Assembly (NCBI GenBank): GCA_963744995.1
Contig: CAVUWA010000001.1
Coordinates: forward strand, 160,001 to 224,000
DNA: 64,000 nucleotides
Direction: 5' to 3'
Source: Candidatus Eiseniibacteriota bacterium
GTDB taxonomy: Bacteria > Eisenbacteria > RBG-16-71-46
Shown here: one piece after another, positions 1 to 9,842 of the stretch
Position numbering within the stretch: the first letter of the stretch is position 1
Layout: the number at the start of each line of letters is the position of its first letter
The notes under the pieces: model-generated
Seen by the model: only the letters and a program-made list of their open reading frames with translations
Database searches by the model: none
What the model was told of the DNA's origin: nothing
Made by a program: the position numbers and the translations under genes

Positions 1-218
1 CCCACGTGCAGAAGGAGGATCCGGGTTTCCCGATGCTCGCCGACGTCACGGGGGAGATCTCCGGGCTCTACGGTCTCTACGACCCGGCGCGCCGCACGAC
101 CGAGCCGGGCTTCTTCGTGATCGACCCGCACGGCATGGTGCGCCTGGCGCTGCTCGGCCAGCAGATCCGCCCGCCGGACATGGCCGGTCTCGTCTACTAC
201 GCGGTGCGGACCCGCTAG
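1..218 (+). CDS. AhpC/TSA (redoxin-fold) protein, 5'-truncated by window edge
   Basis: C-terminal redoxin pattern FPMLADVTGEISGLYG...PGFFVIDPHGMVR; frame is open from the window start. Confidence 0.7.
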   Translation, partial: HVQKEDPGFPMLADVTGEISGLYGLYDPARRTTEPGFFVIDPHGMVRLALLGQQIRPPDMAGLVYYAVRTR

Positions 219-240
219 CGCCGCACGTCCACGAACATCG

Positions 241-270
241 CGGGGCCCGGGCACCGCCGGGCCCCGTGTC
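241..270 (+). terminator. GC-rich stem-loop, possible terminator
   Basis: CGGGGCCCGG(241-250)/CCGGGCCCCG(257-266) perfect 10-bp stem just after the stop codon; weak U-tract. Confidence 0.3.
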
Positions 271-533
271 CCTTGCGGGCGCCGCCGGTGCGCCGGCGGT
301 TCGCCCTGCGCCTGTCCACGGGTCTTTCCGCTGGCGGCCGCCCTTCGGCGTTGCGCATTGCATCGCCCGCCGCCCGCGAACGGCGCGCTTCGCATCGCCC
401 GCCGCGCACCCGCGCACTGGCACGCCATTTTCCCGGATGAATCGCCTTCGCGCGCTCAATTCGGCCTCCCGCCGCGCCGATACCGTGAGCGCCGAAGTAC
501 TGCGCAGGACTTCATCCGCTCCGGAGGCAACCG

Positions 534-1145
534 GTGAAACTCGCAACTCTGCTGGCCGCCGCGGCGCTGCTGGCGGTGAACCCGCTGCACGTCGGTGACA
601 CGGCGAACCGCTCCCAATACGACCAGGTCGACGTTCAGAATCTCCAGCGTCTCGCGAACAAGGCCACCGAACCGCCCGTCACGCCGGTGGTGCCGGGCAG
701 CGTCGCGCCGGACTTCTCCTATCAGACGCCCGACAACGAATGGCATCACCTGCACGACCTGCTGGAGCAGGGGCCCGTGCTCATGCTGTTCGGCGGGCGT
801 GATCCGCAGTTCACCGCGCTCGAGAACGAGCGCGAGCAACTGCTCGACCTCGGCGTGCTGCCGGTCGCGATCGTCGACGGGCACGCGCGCGCGGCCAGCG
901 CCGCGGTGAAGCGGCTCGGCCTCGCGTACAACGTGATTCCCGATCCGCAGGGCGTGATCGCCGGACTGTTCAACGCGGTCGAGCCCCGCACCGACGCCAC
1001 GCAGCCGTGCTGGTTCGTGATCGACCGGCAGCGCCGCGTGCGCGCGCTCGATCGCACCGGCCTGCCCGAGCAGGGCTACGCCGACATCGCGATCGAGGCC
1101 CTGGCGCTGCCGAAGAAGGGTACGAGCCTGCCGGTCTCCCACTAG
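534..1145 (+). CDS. Exported redoxin-fold (AhpC/TSA-like) protein lacking the canonical CxxC/peroxidatic Cys
   Basis: Signal peptide; PGSVAPDFS..GPVLMLF; YNVIPDPQGVIAGLF; WFVIDRQRRVR; GGAGG RBS before the GTG. Confidence 0.7.
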   Translation: MKLATLLAAAALLAVNPLHVGDTANRSQYDQVDVQNLQRLANKATEPPVTPVVPGSVAPDFSYQTPDNEWHHLHDLLEQGPVLMLFGGRDPQFTALENEREQLLDLGVLPVAIVDGHARAASAAVKRLGLAYNVIPDPQGVIAGLFNAVEPRTDATQPCWFVIDRQRRVRALDRTGLPEQGYADIAIEALALPKKGTSLPVSH

Positions 1146-1201
1146 CGGGAGACCCTCGCCGTTCTTGTTCGAGGCCGGTCTGCTGCCGTACTTTGCGGCG
1201 C

Positions 1202-2434
1202 ATGCCGGTCTCGACCGTTTCCCCCCTGCGCCTCGACGGCTTCGACCGCTTCGGCGGCGTGCACTGGACCTCCGCCGCGCTCGCGCACGCGCTGGCCTGG
1301 GAGGACGTTGCCGCGCCGCACTCGCGGCGCCCGCTCAGCGAGGCCATGTGCTTCGGCATCGCCGGCGGAATCGCGGCCGGATACGCCTTCGCCCCGTCGC
1401 GCTCGGCGGGCGCCGGCAGCGGCGTGTCCCTCGTGGGCCGCTATCGCGAGGGCGTCAACGGTCCCGAAGAGGTGGAGGACGCCCTGCGCCGGCTCGGGGC
1501 CCGTACGCGAGTCCGCGAGACCACGGGCGCGCGCGCCGCGGAGCGGAACCTGGAAACCGCCCTCGCCGCCGGGCACCCGGCGTTCGTCTGGTGCGCGCCG
1601 CCGCCGCTGCTCGCCGAACCATGGGCGGGAACCTGCGGCACCTACGTGTTGCTCGTCCATGGCCTGGACCGCAGGCGGCGCACGGCGCTCGTCGCCGACC
1701 GCGCGCGCCGCTCCCTGGAGCTGCCGCTCGCCGAGCTCGCGCGCCTGCGCGCGAAGGTCAGGGCGCAGCGCCGCCGCGTCCTGACCTTCACCCCGCCCGC
1801 GCGACTCGGCGCGGTCCTCTTGCGCCGCGCGATCACGCAGGGCATCCGGCTCGGCGCCGCGGACATGCTGCGCCCGCGCGTGCGCACGTTCAATCTGCCC
1901 GGCCTCGCCGAGTGGTCGCGCCAGATCGCGAACCCGGCCAGTCGCCGCGGCTGGCCGCGGGCGTTCCGCGGCGGGCGCCTGTTCGCGGCGCTGCGCGACG
2001 TGTACGACTCGATCGAAACCGCGGGCACCGGCGGCGGACTCTTCCGGCCGCTCTACGCCGAGTTCCTGCGCGAGGCGGCGGCGGTCACCGGGCGGCGCCG
2101 GCTGCGCACGCTGGCGCGCACGTACGAGACGCTCGGCACGCAGTGGACCGGGCTCGCACACACCGCGCTGCCGGATCGGCTGCCGGGGTTCCGGCGCGCG
2201 CGCGCGCTGCTCGCGCGCCGCGCGCGCCTGATCCGCACGGGCGGCGCCGTGCTCGACGAACGGATGGAGGAGACGCGCGTGGCGATGCGGACGATCGAGC
2301 GGCGGATGCGGCACGCATTCCCGCTCGACCACGTGGCGACCATGGAACTGCTGACGCGCATGTCGGGCGAGATCGCCGACCTGCACGCGGCCGAAGCGCG
2401 CACCGCGCGCGAGCTGTGGGCGGCTGTCCAGTAG
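1202..2434 (+). CDS. BtrH N-terminal / DUF4872-like protein
   Basis: LSEAMCFGIAGGI motif, LLVHGLD..ALVADR, GTGGGLFRPLYAEFLREAA; start chosen at ATG 1202. Confidence 0.65.
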   Translation: MPVSTVSPLRLDGFDRFGGVHWTSAALAHALAWEDVAAPHSRRPLSEAMCFGIAGGIAAGYAFAPSRSAGAGSGVSLVGRYREGVNGPEEVEDALRRLGARTRVRETTGARAAERNLETALAAGHPAFVWCAPPPLLAEPWAGTCGTYVLLVHGLDRRRRTALVADRARRSLELPLAELARLRAKVRAQRRRVLTFTPPARLGAVLLRRAITQGIRLGAADMLRPRVRTFNLPGLAEWSRQIANPASRRGWPRAFRGGRLFAALRDVYDSIETAGTGGGLFRPLYAEFLREAAAVTGRRRLRTLARTYETLGTQWTGLAHTALPDRLPGFRRARALLARRARLIRTGGAVLDERMEETRVAMRTIERRMRHAFPLDHVATMELLTRMSGEIADLHAAEARTARELWAAVQ

Positions 2435-2450
2435 AAAGGGAGTTCCGGCC

Positions 2451-3503
2451 ATGCACATCGTGATCCTCGGCGGCGGCGCGCAGGGGCGCGTGATCGGCGC
2501 CGATCTCGCGGCTTCCCTGCCCGACGCACGCGTCACCGTCGCCGACCTCAGGCGACCCGAATTGCCGCCGCGTCACAACCTCAAGTGGCTGGAATGCGAT
2601 CTGTCGAGCCGCGAGGCGATCGCACGGCTGCTGCATGCCCACGAACTCGGCGTCTGCGCGCTGCCGTCGCGCTACGGTTACGCGGCGCTCGAGGCCGCCA
2701 TCGAGGCGAAGTGTTCGATGGTCGACGTGTCGTTCTCCGCCGAGGACCCGCTCGCGCTCGATGCCGCCGCACGGGCCGCCGGCATCACCCTGGCCCCCGA
2801 CTGCGGCCTCGCCCCGGGGATTTCGAACCTCATCGTCGGCCACGCAGTCGCCACCCGCGGCACGCCGCGCGATCTGATGATCTACGTGGGCGGCGTCGCA
2901 CAGGATCCCGACGCCCCGTACGGCTACGTCGTGACCTGGTCGGTGGACGATCTGCTCGAGGAGTACGTCCGCCCGGCGCGCATCGTCCGCGACGGGAAGA
3001 TCACGACCGTGCCCGTGTTCAGCGGCATGGAGACGCTCGACGTGCCCGGCGTGGGCACGATGGAGGCGTTCTACAGCGACGGGCTGCGCTCGCTGCTCCA
3101 CACCGTGCCCGGGGTTCGCGAAATGGGCGAGAAGACGCTGCGCTGGCCCGGGCATGCCGACGCGGTGCGGCCGCTGGTCGAAGCCGGGACGCTGGTCGAG
3201 ACGCTGCGCCACGAGTGCAGCGCCGATCCGGCGCGCGACCTGGTGGCGCTGCGCGTGCGGCTGACCTTCGACCGGGGCAGCCAGACCTGGGACATGACCG
3301 ACCGCTACGATCCCGCCACCGGCCGCACGGCGATGTCGCGCACCACGGCGCTCACGACGTCGGTGGTCGCCCGGCTCGCGGCCGCCGGCGGGCTCGGCGC
3401 TCCGGGCGTGCGTCCGCTCGAAAAGGTGGGGGCCGACGAGCAGGCGTTCCGTTTCATTCGCGACGGGCTGTCACAGCGTGGCGTCCGGCTGCGCACGAGC
3501 TGA
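2451..3503 (+). CDS. Saccharopine dehydrogenase / lysine 6-dehydrogenase family oxidoreductase
   Basis: ILGGGAQG Rossmann motif, DCGLAPGISN, EAFYSDGLRSL, EKTLRWPGH, AMSRTT. Confidence 0.85.
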   Translation: MHIVILGGGAQGRVIGADLAASLPDARVTVADLRRPELPPRHNLKWLECDLSSREAIARLLHAHELGVCALPSRYGYAALEAAIEAKCSMVDVSFSAEDPLALDAAARAAGITLAPDCGLAPGISNLIVGHAVATRGTPRDLMIYVGGVAQDPDAPYGYVVTWSVDDLLEEYVRPARIVRDGKITTVPVFSGMETLDVPGVGTMEAFYSDGLRSLLHTVPGVREMGEKTLRWPGHADAVRPLVEAGTLVETLRHECSADPARDLVALRVRLTFDRGSQTWDMTDRYDPATGRTAMSRTTALTTSVVARLAAAGGLGAPGVRPLEKVGADEQAFRFIRDGLSQRGVRLRTS

Positions 3504-3578
3504 AGGCGCCCCCGCCCCCTTGACCGCGCGCGCCGCAGTCGAAAGAATGGGCGCCACCCAGGGAAAGGGAGCTCATCG

Positions 3579-4895
3579 ATGACCCAGAAGAAGCGGCTTG
3601 CGATTCTCGTCGGCGGCGGCCCCGCCCCCGGCATCAACAGCGTCATCGGCGCGGCGACGATTCGCGCCGCCCTCGAAGGCGTCGAGGTCCTCGGCATCGA
3701 GGACGGCTTCGAGTGGATCATGCAGGGCGACGTCGACCACGTGCGTCCGCTCACCATCGACGGCGTGTCGCGCATCCATTTCCGTGGCGGCTCGCACATC
3801 GGCATCTCGCGCGCGAACCCGACCACCGACCCGCAGCTGCTGGAAAACGCGGTGCTTTCGCTGCTCCGGCTCAACGTGTTCAAGCTGATCACGATCGGCG
3901 GCGACGACACGGCGCATTCGGCGATGAAGCTCGAGGCCAAGGCCGAGGGCCGGATCCGCGTCGTGCACGTGCCGAAGTCGATCGACAACGACCTCGATCT
4001 GCCGCCGACCGTGGACACGTTCGGCTACCAGACGGCGCGACATCTGGGCGTGGACATTCTCAAGAACCTCATGGTGGACGCGCGCACGACTTCGCGCTGG
4101 TACTTCGTGATCGCCATGGGTCGCAAGGCCGGCCACCTGGCGCACGGCATCGGCAAGGCCGCCGGGGCGACCGTGACGCTGATTCCGGAAGAGTTCTCGC
4201 AGAGCCCGATCCCGCTCAGGACCATCGTCGACACGCTGGTCGGCGCGATCATCAAACGGCTGAGCTACGGGCGCCGCGACGGCGTCGCGGTGATCGCCGA
4301 AGGCGTGGTGCTCGACATCGATCCGAACGATCTTCACGACCTGGACGACGCCGAACGCGACGCGCACGGACACGTGCGTATCGCCGAGATCAACATCGGC
4401 GAAATTCTCAAGAGAGCGGTGCAGGCGCGACTCAGGGAGTTCGCCCTCAAGACCACCATCGTCGCGAAGAACATCGGCTACGAGCTGCGCTGCGCCGATC
4501 CGATCCCGTTCGACATGGAATACACGCGCGACCTCGGCTACTGCGCGGCGAAGTACCTGCTCGAAGGCGGGCGCGGCGCGATGATCTCGATGCAGGCCGG
4601 GCAGTTCGTGCCGATTCCGTTCCACGAGCTGCAGGATTCCGAGACCGGCAAGGCGCGGATCCGGCTGGTCGATATCCACTCGGCGCGCTACGCCATCGCA
4701 CGCCGCTACATGATCCGCATCCGCCGCGACGACTTCGACGACCCGCACGAACTGGCGAAGTTCGCGGCCGCCTGCGGACTCACCCTCGAAGCGTTTCGCG
4801 AACAGTTCGAGTACCTGATCGACGACGAGCCGCCGGCGCTGCACCTGATTCCGCCCGACGGCGCGAAGGTGGCGCCGGCGGGCATCGAAGGTTGA
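3579..4895 (+). CDS. pfp: Pyrophosphate-dependent 6-phosphofructokinase
   Basis: GGGPAPGIN; GGDD motif (Asp typical of PPi specificity); PKSIDND; MGRKAGHLA; GYELRC. Confidence 0.88.
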   Translation: MTQKKRLAILVGGGPAPGINSVIGAATIRAALEGVEVLGIEDGFEWIMQGDVDHVRPLTIDGVSRIHFRGGSHIGISRANPTTDPQLLENAVLSLLRLNVFKLITIGGDDTAHSAMKLEAKAEGRIRVVHVPKSIDNDLDLPPTVDTFGYQTARHLGVDILKNLMVDARTTSRWYFVIAMGRKAGHLAHGIGKAAGATVTLIPEEFSQSPIPLRTIVDTLVGAIIKRLSYGRRDGVAVIAEGVVLDIDPNDLHDLDDAERDAHGHVRIAEINIGEILKRAVQARLREFALKTTIVAKNIGYELRCADPIPFDMEYTRDLGYCAAKYLLEGGRGAMISMQAGQFVPIPFHELQDSETGKARIRLVDIHSARYAIARRYMIRIRRDDFDDPHELAKFAAACGLTLEAFREQFEYLIDDEPPALHLIPPDGAKVAPAGIEG

Positions 4896-5020
4896 GGCTG
4901 CCGGCCGCGACCTCGGTTTTTGGGTCGAATTCGGACAGAATCCGCCCCTTGCTGCGGACCGCGAACGGCGCGGTGCTCGTTTGACGGTCGTTCCCTCCTC
5001 CGGCCCCTGTCGGAGGTCAT

Positions 5021-5644
5021 ATGCTTCGCGGCTTCCTCGTTCTCGTCTTCATGACGGGACTCGCCGCGCCCGCGGGGGCGATGCCGGTCCCGCTGCCCGG
5101 CATCCCCAACGCGTGGGCCAGCACCGTTCCCGACTGCATCCAGATCTGTGCCGGGGGTGACCTGTCGTCTTCGGTCATCGTCCGCGACAACACGCTGCAA
5201 CCCGTGCCGAACTCGCTCGTCATCATCGACTTCATCGCCTGCCCCGGTTTCGTCGTCTGCGATCAATGCGCCGACACTTGGATCTACGACGAAGTGACGC
5301 GCACCGTGCGCAAGCCGACCGATGCTCAGGGTGCGGTGACCTTCTCGATCTGCGGCGGCGGCACCTGCGGCGGCCAGGTCTCGGTCTATGCCGACGGCAT
5401 CGCGCTCGGCCAGCGGCCGCTGGCGGTCACGGATCGGAATGCGGATCTGGCCGTCGATCCCGAGGACCTGGCGGGCGTCCAGGCGCTGGTCGGAACCGCC
5501 GATCGCTCCGCCGACTTCGACTGCAGCGGGGGCGTCGACGCCGCCGACGTGGCGTTCGAGACCGCCCATCTCGGGCACATGTGCCTGGGGCCGACACCGG
5601 CGCGGCCCTCGAGCTGGGGGACGCTCAAGACGATGTATCGATGA
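5021..5644 (+). CDS. Secreted Cys-rich Ig-like protein with dockerin/EF-hand-like Ca loops and a C-terminal WGxLKxxYR tail
   Basis: Signal peptide, GGAGG RBS; DRNADLAVDPEDL and ADFDCSGGVDAADV loops; ends PTPARPSSWGTLKTMYR. Confidence 0.7.
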   Translation: MLRGFLVLVFMTGLAAPAGAMPVPLPGIPNAWASTVPDCIQICAGGDLSSSVIVRDNTLQPVPNSLVIIDFIACPGFVVCDQCADTWIYDEVTRTVRKPTDAQGAVTFSICGGGTCGGQVSVYADGIALGQRPLAVTDRNADLAVDPEDLAGVQALVGTADRSADFDCSGGVDAADVAFETAHLGHMCLGPTPARPSSWGTLKTMYR

Positions 5645-5662
5645 CGCGCCGCGGCGCGGTGC

Positions 5663-6505
5663 TCACGGCCGCGCCGCGTGCTCCCGAAGCAGCCGCCCGG
5701 TATTCGCGATCGCGTCCACGCCGCCGATCGGGCCGTGGCCCGGGATCACCATGACGGGATTGGGGCAATGCGCGCGCACGTTCGCGAGGCTCGCGGGCCA
5801 GCGCTCGAGGTCCGCCTCGTCCGTGTAGCCGAGCGAGCGCGTGCGCGCGCTGCGGATCATGCAGCCGCCGACCAGCACGCGGCGCTCCGGCAGCCAGACC
5901 ACGACGTTGTCGCGCGTGTGCGCGGGGCCCGGGTAGAACACGTCGAGACTGTCGGCACCGGTCGAGAGACTGAGGTGGTCGTCGAACGTGTGCGCGGGTG
6001 GCGGGTCGCCCTGCGCGCGCGCGAACTCCGCAGTGAGCGTCGACCCGTACGTGGGCACGCCGCGCGCGTGCATGGTGCGGATGCCGCCCATGCGGTCGGC
6101 GTGGGCGTGCGTGACCACACATGCGATCACGCGCTGCGGGATCGCGCGCTTCATCCAGTCGAGCAGCCGCACGGTCTGATCGTCCTCCCACGGCGTGTCG
6201 ATGACGATCGCGCCGGCGGGACCCGCGACGATCACGCCATTGGCCGGCGCGGGCTTGCCGTCGAGCAGGTGCGTCGAGACGTGCAGCCAGAGTCCCTCGT
6301 CGATGCGCTTCACGTAGAGGTCGTCGCCGAGTGATACCGAGTCGGCGAACGCAGACGACGTGGTGGCCGTTGCGGCCGCCGTGCCGGCGGCGGCCGCGGG
6401 CGTGGCCGGCCCCTGGATCGGCGCGAGCAGCGCGGCCGCCGCCGCGAGCCGCACGCATGCGGCCGTGCCGCGGGCGCCGAACGCAGTCATCTCAGGGTTG
6501 AACAT
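5663..6505 (-). CDS. Subclass B1 metallo-beta-lactamase
   Basis: IDTPW, HAHADRMGG (HxHxD), GPAHTRDNVVVW, GGCMIRS, VIPGHG give the full B1 zinc-ligand set; signal-like N-terminus; start uncertain (6505 or 6490). Confidence 0.85.
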   Translation of the reverse strand: MFNPEMTAFGARGTAACVRLAAAAALLAPIQGPATPAAAAGTAAATATTSSAFADSVSLGDDLYVKRIDEGLWLHVSTHLLDGKPAPANGVIVAGPAGAIVIDTPWEDDQTVRLLDWMKRAIPQRVIACVVTHAHADRMGGIRTMHARGVPTYGSTLTAEFARAQGDPPPAHTFDDHLSLSTGADSLDVFYPGPAHTRDNVVVWLPERRVLVGGCMIRSARTRSLGYTDEADLERWPASLANVRAHCPNPVMVIPGHGPIGGVDAIANTGRLLREHAARP

Positions 6506-6738
6506 CTCCTGACACTTCCTTCCATGGAGTCCGTAACGTGCGTTTCGCGCAGGGCGCCCGCGCGTTTCGCGAGATCCCGGCAGTGCACGGCATGATCCGG
6601 CGCAGCGGTATTGCATGACACGCGCGCGCCCGCGTCAACCGGCGGGAACCGGAACGGCTCTTGCCGGGTACCACCGATCACATGACTCGGCGAGCCGAAT
6701 TCTCCGCGGCCCGTTCGCCGGATGGACAGGACATCTTC

Positions 6739-7275
6739 ATGACGCTTCCCACAAGCCGGGCGGTGAGCGCGTTCGCGACGCGGACGCTCACGGCCCTGCC
6801 GATGATCGCCGTCCTCGCCCTCGTCAACGCCACCGCTCATGCGGCCCGGCCGGCCGCGCCCAGTACCATCGCCGCCCTCGCTCCCGTCGCCGGCGACTCG
6901 CTGTCGCTCGACGGCCACGTGGTCTACGTCGACTTCTGGGCGTCATGGTGCGTGCCCTGCCGGTCGTCGTTTCCGTGGATGGCCTCCATGCGCGCGAAGT
7001 ACCACGACCGCGGGCTCGAGGTCGTGACTATCGACCTCGATCACGAATCGAAGGCCGCGCACCGTTTCCTCGAACAGATGAAGTCGCCGCTGCCGGTGTT
7101 CGAGGATCCGAAGGGCGAGATGGCGAAGCGCTTCGGCATCGAAGTGATGCCCACGTCGTTCGTATTCGGACGCGACGGAACGCTCCGCGCGCGTCACGAG
7201 GGATTCCGCGCCGGGGACAGCGCCGCGCTGGAATCGCAGATCACCGCGCTGCTCGAGGAGAAACCCCCGAAGTGA
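6739..7275 (+). CDS. TlpA-family thiol:disulfide oxidoreductase
   Basis: VDFWASWCVPC, MPTSFVFGRDG, signal peptide. Confidence 0.9.
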   Translation: MTLPTSRAVSAFATRTLTALPMIAVLALVNATAHAARPAAPSTIAALAPVAGDSLSLDGHVVYVDFWASWCVPCRSSFPWMASMRAKYHDRGLEVVTIDLDHESKAAHRFLEQMKSPLPVFEDPKGEMAKRFGIEVMPTSFVFGRDGTLRARHEGFRAGDSAALESQITALLEEKPPK

Positions 7276-7505
7276 GACCGGCTGTCCGGCTGCTGGTGGT
7301 CCTGGCGCTCGCCGCGCTGGCGGCCCTTGCCTCCGGTTGCGCGACCCTTGGCGTGCACCCCTGGGAGCGCGACATCCTCGCGAAAGACGTCATGCTGCCG
7401 TCGCACGGCGCCCTCGATCGCGCGCTCGACGACCACATCTACTTCAGCAAGGAAGCCTCGAGCGGCGGCCGCGGATTCGGCGGCGGAGGCTGCGGGTGCA
7501 ACTGA
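7272..7505 (+). CDS. DUF4266 lipoprotein
   Basis: Lipobox LASGC; VHPWERDILA; KEASSGGRGFGGGGCGCN C-terminus; GTGA overlap with the tlpA stop. Confidence 0.85.
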   Translation: MRPAVRLLVVLALAALAALASGCATLGVHPWERDILAKDVMLPSHGALDRALDDHIYFSKEASSGGRGFGGGGCGCN

Positions 7506-8803
7506 GGCGGCGTGAACCCATCCACGGCGCGCTCACGGCGGTCACTGTCGCGCTGCTCGGCTCGAGCACCGCAGCGCACGCGGCGGAGGCGAACCGGGTC
7601 GAGTCCTCCCTGCTGCTCTACAACGAAACCGACCGCGTGAAGGCCGCCGAGAGCGTCACCAACTTGACGGGCACACTGGACTCGCAACGCGCCTTCGAGC
7701 TGCACCTCACGCTCGACGGCCTGACCGGCGCCTCGCCCAACGGCGCCACCCCGGCGAGCACGGTGCAGACCTTCACCGGCCCTTCCGGCCGGGTCGGTTT
7801 CAGGGCACAACCCGGGCGGATTCCGCTCGACGGTTCGTTCAGCGACACCCGCATCGCGCTCGACGGCACCATCACCGACCAGATCAATCGCGTCCTGGCC
7901 GCGACCTATGGCGGGCATCTGTCGCTCGAGAAGGACTACTTTTCGATCGGCGCGAACGGCGGCGTGAGCCGCGACTTCTTCCAGAAGAACCTCACCCTCT
8001 CGCTCTCGGGCGCCTACAGCCTCGATGCGGTGGCACCGCATGGGGGCCCGCCGACCGCATTCGCGCCGATGCCGCCACCGAGCGAAACGCCGACGGGCGG
8101 CGAGGGCGAAGGCGAAGGCGAGGGCGGCGCGGGGGGCGGCGCCAGGGGCAAGAACGTGCTCGATGCGGTCGCCGGCTTCACGCAGGTGCTCGACCGCTCG
8201 ACGCTGCTCAGGGCCGATTACTCGGCCGGGGTGACGGCCGGCTACCTCAACGACCCCTACAAGCTGCTGAGCGTCGTGCAGGCGCCCGGGGATGCCGCGC
8301 CGGGCGAGCCCGTCGCCTACCTCTACGAAAAGCGGCCGTCGACCCGGTTGCGACAGACACTCTACGCCGATCTCAAGCGCTACGTGTTCGGTGCGACGAT
8401 CGACGCCTCCTACCGCTACTTCTGGGACGACTGGGGCATCCGGTCGCGCACCTTCGACGTGTTCCCGCGCCTGCCGCTGCCGGGCGGGCACTCGATCGAA
8501 CCGCACTTCCGCTGGTACAGCCAGACCGCTGCGGACTTCCATCGCGCCTACCTGGTGGACGGCCAGCCGCTGCCGGGTTACGCGTCGGCCGACAGCAGGC
8601 TCGCCGCGTTCGACGCGGTGACCTGGGGCGCGAAGTATTCGATGCCGTTCCACGGCACCGATCACCTGAGCTTCTCGGCCGAATACTACAAACAGACCGG
8701 AACGCGCGGCCCGCCGGATGCGTTCGGCGCGCTCACGCAGTACGACCTGTTCCCGCCGCTCCACGTGCTGATGTTCCGGGTCGGCTTCACGCATGACCTC
8801 TAG
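7496..8803 (+). CDS. DUF3570 outer-membrane protein (flavinylation substrate)
   Basis: GTG-QLRRR start overlapping the DUF4266 end; DGLTGAS motif; GYLNDPYK, YRYFWDDWGI, SADSRLAAF. Confidence 0.85.
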   Translation: MQLRRREPIHGALTAVTVALLGSSTAAHAAEANRVESSLLLYNETDRVKAAESVTNLTGTLDSQRAFELHLTLDGLTGASPNGATPASTVQTFTGPSGRVGFRAQPGRIPLDGSFSDTRIALDGTITDQINRVLAATYGGHLSLEKDYFSIGANGGVSRDFFQKNLTLSLSGAYSLDAVAPHGGPPTAFAPMPPPSETPTGGEGEGEGEGGAGGGARGKNVLDAVAGFTQVLDRSTLLRADYSAGVTAGYLNDPYKLLSVVQAPGDAAPGEPVAYLYEKRPSTRLRQTLYADLKRYVFGATIDASYRYFWDDWGIRSRTFDVFPRLPLPGGHSIEPHFRWYSQTAADFHRAYLVDGQPLPGYASADSRLAAFDAVTWGAKYSMPFHGTDHLSFSAEYYKQTGTRGPPDAFGALTQYDLFPPLHVLMFRVGFTHDL

Positions 8804-9695
8804 TTCCACGCACACGTGGGAGGTGCGCCGCGAGGGCGCGTACTGGGGCGTCCGCTACAGCGCGATGGCGAGCCCGTGCGAAGTGCTCGTCTACGCCGAC
8901 ACCGCGAGCGGGGCCGACCATGCGGCCTCGCTCGCGTTTCATGAAACGGCGCGAATCGAGAGGAAGTTCAGCCGCTACCGCACGGACAACATCGTGCACG
9001 CGATCAACCACGCGGACGGCCGCGCCGTCGCGGTGGACGAGGAGACGTCCAGACTCCTCGCCTGCGCCGGGCAGTGTCACGAACTCTCCGAGGGGCGCTT
9101 CGACGTCACGTCGGGGGTGCTGCGCGCCGCGTGGACCTTCGACGGCCGGGCGGCGCGCCCCGACCGGGAGCAGATCGCGACGCTGCTCCAACGCGTCGGC
9201 TGGCAGCGCGTGGCGTTCGACGGGAAGACCATCCGCCTCGAGCCCGGCATGGAGCTCGACCTTGGCGGAATCGGCAAGGAGTACGCCGCCGATCGCGTCG
9301 CCGCCGTGCTCGCCGGGCATGGATTCGACAGGGTGATGGTGAATCTGGGCGGCGACATCCGCGTGATGGGCGGCCCCGCACCGAAGACGACGTGGACCAT
9401 CGGCATCGAGGACCCGTCGCGTGACCGCGCCGCGATCGGCGAGGTGAAGCTCACCGACGGCGGCGTGGCCTCGAGCGGCGACGCGCGGCGTTTCTGCATG
9501 GTGGACGGGGAGCGGCTGGGACACATCCTGGATCCCCGTACCGGCTGGCCCGTCGCCGGCGCGCCGCGCAGCGCGACGGTGATCGCCGAGAACTGCACCG
9601 CCGCGGGATTCCTTTCCACGCTGGCGATGCTGCACGGCGAAGATGCCGAGACGTTTCTCGACGCGCAGGGGGTGACGTTTCACTGCGTGAGGTAG
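8793..9695 (+). CDS. apbE: FAD:protein FMN transferase (ApbE)
   Basis: AMASPCEV, GRFDVTSG, LDLGGIGKEYAAD, VNLGGDI, ASSGD, HILDPRTGWP. Confidence 0.92.
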   Translation: MTSSSTHTWEVRREGAYWGVRYSAMASPCEVLVYADTASGADHAASLAFHETARIERKFSRYRTDNIVHAINHADGRAVAVDEETSRLLACAGQCHELSEGRFDVTSGVLRAAWTFDGRAARPDREQIATLLQRVGWQRVAFDGKTIRLEPGMELDLGGIGKEYAADRVAAVLAGHGFDRVMVNLGGDIRVMGGPAPKTTWTIGIEDPSRDRAAIGEVKLTDGGVASSGDARRFCMVDGERLGHILDPRTGWPVAGAPRSATVIAENCTAAGFLSTLAMLHGEDAETFLDAQGVTFHCVR

Positions 9696-9842
9696 CTCGC
9701 GCACGCGCCGATGCGTCGCACACGCCGTCTCCGGATCGCGCACGCGGGGGACACGCCGCGCTGCTGCGACGCGCGCCCGGGCGCCCCACGATCCCGGCAC
9801 GGATTTCGCGGGGTTCGGCTCGCCCGCCCCCGCGGAGCACGC

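Noticed and set aside
418..433. Possible sigma54 promoter TGGCACGCCATTTTC
   Set aside because: Lacks the -12 GC at the required GG-N10-GC spacing
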